A stretch of 24,105 nt of DNA, from NCBI GenBank assembly GCA_050015075.1, contig JBEKCB010000047.1:1-24105 (forward strand). Reading direction: 5' to 3'. Made by a program: the position numbers and the translations under genes. The DNA comes from Candidatus Brocadiia bacterium (GTDB lineage Bacteria; Planctomycetota; Brocadiia; CAIUPP01). Shown piece after piece: positions 1-8,600 of the stretch; position 1 is the stretch's first letter; each line of letters begins with the position of its first letter. Under the pieces are notes generated by a model, which saw only the letters and a program-made list of their open reading frames with translations, had not been told where the DNA came from and ran no database searches.

Positions 1-8
1 TCGAACAC

Positions 9-82
9 TACCCGGTGGTGCAATGGTAGCACAGGAGGTTTTGGTCCTTCTAATCGTGGTTCGAATCCACGCCGGGTAGCCA
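9..82 (+). tRNA. tRNA-Gln (anticodon TTG), CCA encoded
   Basis: Acceptor stem TACCCGG(9-15)/CCGGGTA(72-78), discriminator G79, CCA 80-82; D-loop AATGGTA; anticodon stem GGAGG(34-38)/CCTTC(46-50) with TTG at 41-43; T-arm CGTGG-TTCGAAT-CCACG. Confidence 0.97.
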
Positions 83-134
83 ACCTCCGATCTCCGTCCG
101 ACTTCCGCCTCGGCATTCAACGGGAAATGCAGCG

Positions 135-1400
135 ATGCGCCATCCTTCAAAACTCGGCCGCGAAGAGCTTGAGGAGTTGATTGACCTCTGGCGGATGTCG
201 CCCGAAAGCCGCCTGAAAATACGCTCGATCCTCGCCCGTGAGGAAGACCTGCGCGGGCCGCACCTCTTCCGCTACTACGGACCGGGACCCAGCAAGGTCG
301 CCGAGGCGGAGAAGCTCTTCGGCAAGTTCATCGGCGTGCCGCACGCGCTTGCGGTGAACTCCTGCACCTCGGCGCTGGTCGCGGCGTTCCGCGCGCTGGG
401 CATCGGCATGGGCGACGAAGTCATCGTCCCCGCCTACACCTTCTTCGCCACGGCCTCGACCGTCGCGGCGTGCAACGCGATTCCGGTGATCGCCGACGTG
501 GACGACACGCTGACGCTCGACCCGAAGGACCTGGAGCGGCGCATCACGAAACGGACCCGGGCCATCGCCGTGGTCCACATGCGCGGCGCGCCGGCGCAGA
601 TGGACGAGATCATGCGGATCGCGCGCCGGCGCAAGCTGGCAGTGGTCGAGGACGTGGCGCAGTCCTGCGGCGGGTCGTATCGAGGCAGAAAACTCGGCGC
701 CATCGGCGACATCGGCTGCTTCAGCTTCGACTTCTACAAAATGCTCAACTGCGGCGAGGGCGGTTTCCTGACCACCCGCGACGAATGGCTGTACACGCGC
801 GCGCAGAGCTGGCACGACACGGCCGCCTGCTGGCGGCCGGACCGCTACGCCGCCGAACGGCGCGAGGGTGAGCTGTTCTGCGGCGAGAACTACCGCATGA
901 GCGAACTCCAGGGCGCGGTGGCACTCGCGCAGATCCGCAAGGCGGACCGGTTCCTCAAGGGCCACCGTGCCGGCCGCGATCGCATCCTGCGGGCACTGCG
1001 CCTGCCGGAAGACGTGGCGCTCCGCCGCATGGCCGATCCCGAAGGCGACACGGGCGTCTGCATCATCTTCTACCTGCCGGACGTCGAGAAGACGAAGCGC
1101 GCGCTGAAGGCGCTCAAGGCCGAAGGCGTCCCGGCCGGCGGCGTTTACGACGCCCGGATCAAGGACTGGCACATCTACGCGCACTGGGAGCACATCCTCG
1201 ACCTCAAGTCCGTCGCGCACGACGGGCTGCCGTGGAGCGGCGTGCCGAAGAGCGAGCTGCCGCGCTACAGCAGGACGATGTGCCCCAACGCGCTGGACTA
1301 TCTCTCGCGGGCGATCATGGTTGACGTGAAGTGGTCGTACACGGCCGGCGAGTGCAAGGCGATCGCCGCCGGCATCAACAAGGTCCTCCGCGCGCTGTGA
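135..1400 (+). CDS. DegT/DnrJ/EryC1/StrS family PLP-dependent sugar aminotransferase
   Basis: Motifs AVNSCTSAL, GDEVIVPAYTF.AT, VEDVAQSCG, CFSFDFYKMLNCGEGG (PLP lysine) and GENYRMSELQGA. No clear Shine-Dalgarno, so the start is less certain. Confidence 0.93.
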   Translation: MRHPSKLGREELEELIDLWRMSPESRLKIRSILAREEDLRGPHLFRYYGPGPSKVAEAEKLFGKFIGVPHALAVNSCTSALVAAFRALGIGMGDEVIVPAYTFFATASTVAACNAIPVIADVDDTLTLDPKDLERRITKRTRAIAVVHMRGAPAQMDEIMRIARRRKLAVVEDVAQSCGGSYRGRKLGAIGDIGCFSFDFYKMLNCGEGGFLTTRDEWLYTRAQSWHDTAACWRPDRYAAERREGELFCGENYRMSELQGAVALAQIRKADRFLKGHRAGRDRILRALRLPEDVALRRMADPEGDTGVCIIFYLPDVEKTKRALKALKAEGVPAGGVYDARIKDWHIYAHWEHILDLKSVAHDGLPWSGVPKSELPRYSRTMCPNALDYLSRAIMVDVKWSYTAGECKAIAAGINKVLRAL

Positions 1401-1471
1401 ACGAACGGGCATGCGGCTCGGCCGCTGCGTGGAGAAGTGGGTCATCGGGCTCTGACAGGAAGGAGATTCAC

Positions 1472-2227
1472 ATGAAGCGAGTGCTGGCTTTCGGATGTCA
1501 TCCGGACGACGTGGAGTTCCAATGCGCCGGGACGCTGGGGCTGCTGGCGCGGCGCGGGTACGAGATTCACATCGCGACGATGACCGGCGGCGAACTGGGC
1601 ACGGCGGAGTACCCGTTGCAGGAGATTCGCGCGATCCGGCTGAAGGAGGCCGCCAAGGCCGCCGCCGTGATCGGCGCGCAGTTCCACTACGCGGGCGGCT
1701 ACGACCTGGCGGTCGAGTACAGCGCCGAATACCGCCGCTACGCCGTCCGCGTGATGCGCGAGGTGGACCCGTTCCTCGTTTTCACGCACCCGCCGGTGGA
1801 TTACCACGTGGACCACGAGGAGACCTCGAAGCTGGTCCGGGTCGCCGCGTTCGCCGCCCCCATCCCGAACTTCGACTGCAACGTGCCCACGCGCCTGGCA
1901 TCGGGCGTGCCTTATCTGTATTACTGGAACGCGTTCGAAAACAAGGACTGCTTCGGCCGGCCGCTGCCGCTGCACTGCGCCGTGGAAATTTCGTCCATGA
2001 TGAAGGTGAAGGAAAAGATGCTCAAGTGCCACGCCTCGCAGCGCAACTGGATGAAGCACCATCACCACGTGGACTACTATATTGACGTCATGAAAGCCGA
2101 GGCGAAAGCCCAGGGCGAACGGTCGGGCCTGAAGGCGGGCGAAGGCTTCATCCAGCATCGCGGCAGCAGCTATCCGCAGGACAACGTCCTCAAGACGATC
2201 CTCAAGGACCTGTGCGTGGAGTTCTGA
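1472..2227 (+). CDS. PIG-L/LmbE family N-acetylglucosaminyl deacetylase
   Basis: Metal-binding HPDD (GCHPDDVE), TGGELG, R..EA..AA..IG, DYHVDH and K..ML.CHASQ. ATG at 1472 follows SD AAGGAG; the longer 1331 start of the ORF track overlaps the upstream gene and is unlikely. Confidence 0.92.
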   Translation: MKRVLAFGCHPDDVEFQCAGTLGLLARRGYEIHIATMTGGELGTAEYPLQEIRAIRLKEAAKAAAVIGAQFHYAGGYDLAVEYSAEYRRYAVRVMREVDPFLVFTHPPVDYHVDHEETSKLVRVAAFAAPIPNFDCNVPTRLASGVPYLYYWNAFENKDCFGRPLPLHCAVEISSMMKVKEKMLKCHASQRNWMKHHHHVDYYIDVMKAEAKAQGERSGLKAGEGFIQHRGSSYPQDNVLKTILKDLCVEF

Positions 2228-2248
2228 GCGAGGCGGTGTTCTGACTGC

Positions 2249-2301
2249 TCGTAGTGGCGCCGTGAGGCGCTATTTCGTATGCCCTTACGGGCACACTACG
2301 A
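2249..2301. repeat. GTAG-family REP doublet (REPIN-like) between convergent genes
   Basis: + unit GTAGTG-GCGCC-GTGA-GGCGC (2251-2270); - unit GTAGTG-TGCCC-GTAA-GGGCA (2299-2280); outer inverted ends TCGTAGTG(2249-2256)/CACTACGA(2294-2301). Confidence 0.75.
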
Positions 2302-2325
2302 ACTTCAGGAATCCCCTCAAAGCGG

Positions 2326-4602
2326 TCATCGGCCGAGGGGACGGCCGCTGGGGGCAGTACTGCCGCTGGGAGCGGAAGTGCCTCTGGGGGCGAAACCGCC
2401 GCTCGACTGCCAGTTGTTGAAGCGCTGAGAGCCGACGTCGCGCGCGCTTTGCTCGCGGTTGAGGGTCGGCGCTTCACTCCGGAAGGCCGGCACCTGGCCG
2501 GCGCTCTGCCAGCCCTTCGACGTGAGCGCCTCCCAATTTTTATTCGGCGTGGCGCGGAACACCTCGCCGCCATGGCCGGCGAAAACGCTGTTCGAAGGCG
2601 TCACGGCCGACAACCTGGCGTGAACCTCCGGCGCGAGCACGGCATGCATTTCGGGCAAGTGGAGGGGCTGATTGGTGACGATGCGGGGATGCGCGTTGGG
2701 TTCCCAATTCCGCCCGCCTTCGGTGGCGCTGCGCGCGGAGTACGGATTGAACGGCTCCCGTATGTGTGACCAGCCTTGGGCGCTCCAGTGGTTTTCCTCG
2801 AAGCGGCTCAGCGCCGGCGCCACCTCATTGCCCCAGTGCCGATAGATGTTCACGTGGTCGAGGGCGACGTGGTTATAGTTGCCCTCATGATGACGCCGGG
2901 CCCAGTCGAACGGCCCCCAGCACGGAAGCGGGCAACAGCCGGGGAACCAGGGCGAGCCGGCGAAGCCGAAGCCGAACCCGTAGAACGCGTCACAGGAGAA
3001 CCCCGCGCCGAAGCCGTAAGTCCACGGATAGCCCACCCAGATATTGTCGCACCACGGGGTGTAGGCGTAACCGGTGCCGTAGACCACCGTGTTGTCCATC
3101 GAGACGCACGTGCCGAGGTAGCCGGGCGTGTAACCGGTATACACCACGGTCGGGGTCGAATCGTAAACGTAGACGTAGGTGAGGTAGTGCAGCGGCGATG
3201 AGATGGGGATGGAGTAGATTTCCGGCGGCACGGAGGTCGCCGCCGCCCAGGGCCCGGTCGGAGAGCCGGCGGTGAACCAGACGCCGTTCTGCACGCAGTA
3301 GTAGGCGCTGGGGCCGAGACAGATGACCGCCGGCTGGGAATTCATGGCATATTGCATCGAGGTCCCCTGGATGGGCGCGAACTGCGGCGGGCCGTCGTAC
3401 GTCACCTCCAGTTTCGCCGCGGAGCGATTGACCGCCGCCGTCTGCGGGATCGAGTTCGCGATCAGCGCCTCTTTGGCCTGCGGCGTGTTCGGCACGGAGA
3501 CGAGCGCGTTCGCGCGCGCGTTGTCAGGTGGAATCTTCGCAAAATCCTCCGGCAGCGACTTGGCCGGCACGTATTCCCACGGGCCGTAGAGCGAACTCGA
3601 CTTGAACCAGCGTCCTGAGAGCAGCACGTAGAACTGGTTCTCCAGCAGGTTCATGAAAATGGCGTCGTCGCTGTTCTGGATCTGAAGCAGGTTGTCGGTC
3701 TCCTCGATCGGCAGCATTTTCGCGGGCCCATCGGTCTGGATCAGCTCGGTGGGCACGGTGCTGACGCGGACGCCCGGCGGAGTCGCGATCGCGGCGGCGT
3801 TCGGATCGGGCGCCATCAGGTCGGACACCTTGGCTTCCGCCGCGGCCTCCTTGACCTGGTCGAGGATCGCGGGCGGGTCGGTGACGGGCGTCCACGGCCC
3901 GCCGATCTCCTTGGCCTCGTACCAGAAGTCCAGCGCCGTCAGGTAAAAGTGGTTCTGAAGCTTGACGATCAGCGCGTACGTGTTGAGGACGCGCTGCACC
4001 GCCGGCAGGCCGGTCATGGGTCGGAGCACCGGCGGGCCATCCACCAGCACGAGGATCGTCGGCGTCGTGGCGTAGAGAATGCGCGGGACGTCGTTGCTGA
4101 CATTGAGCGTCTGCTGCTTCTTCACGGCCTCCGAGACGGCCACGCTGGCTTCGAGGTGATCGAGCGCGACGGTCTTGACGCCGGTCGGCAGGATTTTGCG
4201 CAGCAAGTCGCCATACGCGCTTTCTTTTTCAGGCGCTGTGGGAAATGAAACTTTGGTGATTGCGAAATCGCGGAAGGTCACGACGCGCGCCGCTTTGTCC
4301 ACGTCGGCATGGGCGTTCATCCAGACGACGCCGTAGACCGGCTGGCTGCCGTCGGAGGGTTGCATGGAAACCGCGGCGCGGGTGGCGATCCTGATGCCGT
4401 TCCATTGCTCGATCTGCGGCTGGTAGACCGTCAGCGTTCCCGCCGCGTTCTTGATGACCCGCGGCCAGTCCAATTCCTCTTCGGCGGGCATCGTGGTCAG
4501 TGCGTTCTCCGCCGCAGTTTGCGCCGACGCCCTCGCGGGATTGATCACGAGTATCGCCAAAAGCAGCGTCGCCGGGATGGCGGCCCATTTCGACTTGTTC
4601 AC
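2326..4602 (-). CDS. Large secreted hypothetical protein (758 aa) with three internal Y..W..GPW repeats; recalled as similar to proteins loosely annotated 'carbohydrate-binding family V/XII'
   Basis: GTG start with SD GAGGAG (4609-4614, - strand); signal peptide MNKSKW-hydrophobic-ASA; N-terminal WPR...TVYQPQ motif; Gly/Tyr/Trp-rich segment; low-complexity C-terminus. Confidence 0.85.
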   Translation of the reverse strand: MNKSKWAAIPATLLLAILVINPARASAQTAAENALTTMPAEEELDWPRVIKNAAGTLTVYQPQIEQWNGIRIATRAAVSMQPSDGSQPVYGVVWMNAHADVDKAARVVTFRDFAITKVSFPTAPEKESAYGDLLRKILPTGVKTVALDHLEASVAVSEAVKKQQTLNVSNDVPRILYATTPTILVLVDGPPVLRPMTGLPAVQRVLNTYALIVKLQNHFYLTALDFWYEAKEIGGPWTPVTDPPAILDQVKEAAAEAKVSDLMAPDPNAAAIATPPGVRVSTVPTELIQTDGPAKMLPIEETDNLLQIQNSDDAIFMNLLENQFYVLLSGRWFKSSSLYGPWEYVPAKSLPEDFAKIPPDNARANALVSVPNTPQAKEALIANSIPQTAAVNRSAAKLEVTYDGPPQFAPIQGTSMQYAMNSQPAVICLGPSAYYCVQNGVWFTAGSPTGPWAAATSVPPEIYSIPISSPLHYLTYVYVYDSTPTVVYTGYTPGYLGTCVSMDNTVVYGTGYAYTPWCDNIWVGYPWTYGFGAGFSCDAFYGFGFGFAGSPWFPGCCPLPCWGPFDWARRHHEGNYNHVALDHVNIYRHWGNEVAPALSRFEENHWSAQGWSHIREPFNPYSARSATEGGRNWEPNAHPRIVTNQPLHLPEMHAVLAPEVHARLSAVTPSNSVFAGHGGEVFRATPNKNWEALTSKGWQSAGQVPAFRSEAPTLNREQSARDVGSQRFNNWQSSGGFAPRGTSAPSGSTAPSGRPLGR

Positions 4603-4652
4603 GGCACCCTCCTCGTTGTCGCTCGCGCGCTCTGTATTTCAATGCGCCTGTC

Positions 4653-4661
4653 ATTATAACA
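4653..4661 (-). promoter_or_regulatory. Extended -10 promoter (TGtTATAAT) for the 2326-4602 gene
   Basis: Reverse complement of 4653-4661 is TGTTATAAT, a perfect extended -10, about 50 nt upstream of the GTG start. No good -35 seen. Confidence 0.55.
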
Positions 4662-4740
4662 GTTCCGCAGCCCGGCCACTTTATTCCATGAATTCTTGAA
4701 TAGATAGCGGATTTCCGGGCCTGCGTCGAGCGCGGCCGGC

Positions 4741-4768
4741 TTGTTTAGAGGTCCGAAAGCGGTATAAT
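4741..4768 (+). promoter_or_regulatory. Sigma70-like promoter for the tkt cluster
   Basis: TTGTTT (4741-4746), 16 nt spacer, TATAAT (4763-4768); lies 66 nt upstream of the tkt ATG in an AT-richer divergent intergenic region. Confidence 0.55.
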
Positions 4769-4834
4769 GCGAATGGGGCTTGCGAAAGGGCCTTTGCAAT
4801 CCGTTGGGCCTCTTCTGGGAAAAGGGGGAACGCC

Positions 4835-6703
4835 ATGAAGCAGTCGCGGGGAATGCCTTCCGTTGTGGCGGACAAGACGGCGACGCTGCGAAAACTCGCG
4901 ACGCTGGTCCGCTGGCACATCCTGACCATGACGACGCAGGCCGGATCGGGACATCCGACCTCTTCGCTTTCCGCTACCGAGTTGATGGTCGGCCTGTTGT
5001 TCGGCGGAGAGTTCCATTACCAGGTCAAGGATCCGAAGTACCCGAACAACGACCGGCTGATCTTCTCCAAGGGGCACGCGTCGCCGCTGCTCTACGCGCT
5101 GTGGGCCGCCGCGGGCGTGCTGAACGAGAGCGACCTGGCCACGTATCGCCGGTTCGGCAGCCGCCTCGAAGGCCATCCGACCACGCTCTTCCCTTACGCA
5201 GACGCCGCGACCGGCTCGCTCGGCCAGGGACTTTCCATCGGCGTCGGGATGGCGCTCAATGCCAAGTATTGCGACCACCTGCCGTACCGGACCTGCGTCC
5301 TGCTCGGGGACAGCGAAATGGCGGAAGGCTCGCAATGGGAAGCGATGCAGATCGCCGCCCATTACAAGCTGGATAACCTGCTGGGCATCCTCGATGTGAA
5401 CCGCCTGGGCCAGCGCGGCGAGACGATGTACGGCTGGGATGTGGCCGCGTACCAGAAACGGGTCTCAGCGTTCGGCTGGGAGACCCTTGTGATTGACGGG
5501 CATTCCTTCCCGGAAATTCTGTCTGCGTATGAAGCCGCGCGGCGCGTCTCCGGCCGCCCGACGATGATCATCGCCCGCACGGTCAAAGGCAAAGGGATCT
5601 CCTTCCTTGAGGACAAGGAGGGCTGGCACGGCAGGGTGTTGAATAAAACCGAGTGCGAGGCCGCGCTGAAGGAGCTGGGCGAGGTTGACAAATCCATTCG
5701 CGGCGAGTTCCCCATGCCGGAAGCTCGCGTCCCTGCCGAGCCGGCGCGGACGCGCCCGGGGCCGGTCAGCTATCCGCCCAATAAACCCGTCGCCACGCGC
5801 GACGCCTACGGCAACGCCCTGGTGCGCATATTCCCGGCTTTCCCCGAACTGGTTTGCCTCGATGCCGAGGTCAGCAACTCGACCAAAGCCGCCACCTTCA
5901 AGGAGGCGCACCCGGACTGTTTCTTCGAGATGTACATCGCCGAGCAGAACATGGTCAGCGCCGCGGTGGGGCTGGCGTGCCGCGGCAAAATGCCCTTCGT
6001 CTCCACGTTCGCGGCCTTCCTGACGCGCGCCTTCGACCAGGTTCGGATGAGTCCGTACTCGGGGGCGAACCTCAAGATCGTCGGCTCGCACGCCGGCGTC
6101 TCCATCGGCCAGGACGGGCCGTCGCAGATGGGGCTCGAGGACATCGCCATGTTCCGGACAGTGCTCGACAGCGTGGTCCTGTATCCGTGCGACGCGGTCT
6201 CGGCTGAGAGGCTCGTCGAGGCGGCCGCCGCGCACCGCGGGCTGGTGTACATCCGCACGACGCGCGAAGCCTCGCCGGTGATCTATGGCGGCGAGGAGGA
6301 GTTCGTCATCGGCGGAAGCAAAGTGCTCCGGAAGAGCGACCGCGACGTCGCCACCGTCGTCGCCGCGGGCGTGACGCTGCACGAGGCGCTGGCCGCCTGC
6401 GACGAATTGAAGCGCGACGGAATCGCCATCCGCGTGGTGGACCTCTACAGCGTGAAGCCGCTGGATGAGAAGACGCTCCGCGACGCGGCCGCGGCCACCG
6501 GGCGGATCATCACCGTCGAGGACCACTATCCCGAAGGCGGCATCGGTGAGGCTGTCCGAAGCGCGCTCTCCGATCTCGCCGCGCCGGTCCGCATCCTCGC
6601 CGTGCGCCATCGCCCGAAGAGCGGAAAGCCGGAGGAGCTTCTGGACTATGAGGAAATCTCGCGGAAGGCGATCGTGCGCGAGGTTAGGAGATTGGGTAAT
6701 TAG
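4835..6703 (+). CDS. tkt: Transketolase, short single-chain (animal TKT-like) type
   Basis: GSGHPTSSLS, SKGHA, LEGHP, ATGSLGQG, ThDP motif GDSE..EG..WEA...DVN, IAEQNM, FAAFLTRAFDQ, SHAGVSIGQDGPSQM, TVEDH; SD-like AAGGGGG upstream. Confidence 0.95.
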   Translation: MKQSRGMPSVVADKTATLRKLATLVRWHILTMTTQAGSGHPTSSLSATELMVGLLFGGEFHYQVKDPKYPNNDRLIFSKGHASPLLYALWAAAGVLNESDLATYRRFGSRLEGHPTTLFPYADAATGSLGQGLSIGVGMALNAKYCDHLPYRTCVLLGDSEMAEGSQWEAMQIAAHYKLDNLLGILDVNRLGQRGETMYGWDVAAYQKRVSAFGWETLVIDGHSFPEILSAYEAARRVSGRPTMIIARTVKGKGISFLEDKEGWHGRVLNKTECEAALKELGEVDKSIRGEFPMPEARVPAEPARTRPGPVSYPPNKPVATRDAYGNALVRIFPAFPELVCLDAEVSNSTKAATFKEAHPDCFFEMYIAEQNMVSAAVGLACRGKMPFVSTFAAFLTRAFDQVRMSPYSGANLKIVGSHAGVSIGQDGPSQMGLEDIAMFRTVLDSVVLYPCDAVSAERLVEAAAAHRGLVYIRTTREASPVIYGGEEEFVIGGSKVLRKSDRDVATVVAAGVTLHEALAACDELKRDGIAIRVVDLYSVKPLDEKTLRDAAAATGRIITVEDHYPEGGIGEAVRSALSDLAAPVRILAVRHRPKSGKPEELLDYEEISRKAIVREVRRLGN

Positions 6704-6736
6704 GCAACCCGCCCATTTCCACCTGGAGGTTAGACC

Positions 6737-7198
6737 ATGCGGATAGGCATCTCGGCGGACCACGGAGGCTTTACGCGGAAGCAGGCGCTGGCCAGGGATC
6801 TGCGCGAGGCCGGACACGAGGTCGTGGACTTCGGCGCTGACCGCCTGGCGCCCGAAGACGACTATCCCGATTTCGTCATTCCGATGGCGCGCGCCGTCAG
6901 TCGCGGCGAGGTCGATCGCGGAATCGCCGTCTGCGGCAGCGGCGTCGGCGCGTGCATCGCCGCCAACAAGGTGCCCGGCGTCCGCGCCGCGCTGGTGCAC
7001 GAGAGCTTCTCGGCCCACCAGGGCGTCGAGGACGACGACATGAACGTGCTCTGCATGGGCGGTCGCGTCATCGGCATCGGCCTCGCCCGGGACCTGGTCA
7101 GGATCTTCATCGAAGCGCAGTACATCGGCGCCGAGCGGCACGTGCGCCGCCTGGCTAAAGTGGCCGAACTGGAGAACCCCGAGGGACCGGCGGCATGA
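6737..7198 (+). CDS. rpiB: Ribose-5-phosphate isomerase B (RpiB/LacA/LacB family)
   Basis: ADHGG, DDYPD, CGSGVG, AANKVPGVRAAL, DDMNVLCMGGRVIG, RH.RRLAKV; SD GGAGG at 6725-6729. Confidence 0.95.
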   Translation: MRIGISADHGGFTRKQALARDLREAGHEVVDFGADRLAPEDDYPDFVIPMARAVSRGEVDRGIAVCGSGVGACIAANKVPGVRAALVHESFSAHQGVEDDDMNVLCMGGRVIGIGLARDLVRIFIEAQYIGAERHVRRLAKVAELENPEGPAA

Positions 7199-8565
7199 CC
7201 CAGGCGGAGCAACTGGCTGCGTTCGTCGCGCGGGCTTCCTACGGCGGTCTCTCCGAGGCGGCGCGCGCGCAACTCAAGATTCGCGTGCTCGACGCGCTCG
7301 GCTGCGCCATCGGCGCGCTCGAAGGCGAACCGGTCCGAATGCTCCGCGCGCAACTCCACGAATTCGGCGGCGCCGGTCTGTGCAGCCTGATCGGCGGCGG
7401 GCGCACCGCGCCGGACCGCGCCGCGCTTTACAACAGCGCGCTCGTCCGGTACCTCGACTTCAACGACAGTTACCTGGCCAAGGGCGAAACCTGCCACCCG
7501 AGCGACAACCTCGGCGCGGTCCTCGCGGCGGCGGAATACGCGCGGCGCGACGGCCGCGACTTCATGGCTGCGCTCGCGGTCGCGTACCAGGTGCAGTGCC
7601 GGCTGAGCGACGAGGCGCCGGTCCGCGATAAAGGGTTCGACCACACGACGCAGGGCTGCTACGCGCTCGCCGCGGGCATCGCGAAGGCGCTGGGGCTCGA
7701 CCCGCTGCGGACGGCGCACGCCATCGCGATCAGCGGCACGGCGTTCAACGCGCTCCGCATCACGCGCACCGGCGCGCTCTCGCATTGGAAAGGCCTCGCC
7801 TACCCGAACGCCGCGTTCTGCTGCACCCACGCCGCGTTCCTGGCCATGCGCGGCATCACCGGCCCGCTGGAGGTCTTCGAGGGCCGGAAGGGATTCATGG
7901 AAGCCATCGCCGGCCGGTTCGACATCGCCTGGGCGTCGGAGGACCTGGAGCGCGTCACGCAGACGATCCTCAAGGAGTTCAACGCCGAGGTTCATTCCCA
8001 GTCCGCGATCGAGGGAATCCTCGAACTCAGGAGCGAGTTCTCGCTCGGACGGGAAGAGGACGTCGAGAGGATTGAAATCGAGACATTCGACGTGGCTTAC
8101 AACATCATCGGCGGCGGCAACGAGGGCGGGAAGACGCTCGTGCGGACGAAGGAAGAGGCGGACCACAGCCTGCCTTACCTGGTCGCGGTCGCGCTGCTCG
8201 ACGGCCAGGTGATGCCGGAGCAGTACCTGCCGGAGCGCATCGGCCGCGCGGACGTTCAGCGGCTGCTCGCCAAAGTCGTCGTGCGTCCGGCGGAGGAATT
8301 CAGCCGCCGGTTCCCCGCCGAGATGCCGTGCCGAGTGACCGTCGCGCTGCGCGACGGCCGAAGGCTCGTCCGAGAGAAGCGCGACTACCAGGGCTTTCGC
8401 ACGCGGCCGATGAGCTGGGACGCCGCGGTCGCGAAGTTCGAGCGGCTCAGCCGGCGCTTCTCGGATCCGCCGCTCCGCCGTGATATCGTGGATGCCGTCG
8501 CGCGGCTGGACGAAATCCAGGTCGCCGACCTGACTGATTTGCTGACTGATGTTGCGACGGATTGA
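7195..8565 (+). CDS. MmgE/PrpD family protein (2-methylcitrate dehydratase-like)
   Basis: LDALGCAIGA, RYLDFNDSY, HPSDN, GFDH, AEVHSQSA, ADHSLPY; ATGA overlap with the rpiB stop suggests translational coupling. Confidence 0.92.
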   Translation: MTQAEQLAAFVARASYGGLSEAARAQLKIRVLDALGCAIGALEGEPVRMLRAQLHEFGGAGLCSLIGGGRTAPDRAALYNSALVRYLDFNDSYLAKGETCHPSDNLGAVLAAAEYARRDGRDFMAALAVAYQVQCRLSDEAPVRDKGFDHTTQGCYALAAGIAKALGLDPLRTAHAIAISGTAFNALRITRTGALSHWKGLAYPNAAFCCTHAAFLAMRGITGPLEVFEGRKGFMEAIAGRFDIAWASEDLERVTQTILKEFNAEVHSQSAIEGILELRSEFSLGREEDVERIEIETFDVAYNIIGGGNEGGKTLVRTKEEADHSLPYLVAVALLDGQVMPEQYLPERIGRADVQRLLAKVVVRPAEEFSRRFPAEMPCRVTVALRDGRRLVREKRDYQGFRTRPMSWDAAVAKFERLSRRFSDPPLRRDIVDAVARLDEIQVADLTDLLTDVATD

Positions 8566-8600
8566 AAGAACATGAGAATAAGGCCGTTCGATCTCTTGCA

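Noticed and set aside
9-82. tRNA as integration site of a genomic island or prophage
   Set aside because: No integrase, transposase or phage gene, and I saw no duplicate of the tRNA 3' end in the window.
83-112. TCCG-rich run after the tRNA (acctccgatctccgtccgacttccgcc) as another heptamer array
   Set aside because: Units are irregular and there is no complementary arm; cannot be separated from chance in GC-rich DNA.
2056-2068. HHHH run in the deacetylase as a special metal-binding tag or engineered His-tag
   Set aside because: Only four His, internal, in a variable region; no vector sequence around.
7195-8565. Methylcitrate-cycle (prp) operon and the symbol prpD
   Set aside because: No prpB, prpC, prpE or acnD nearby and several motifs diverge from E. 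coli PrpD, so only the family is supported.
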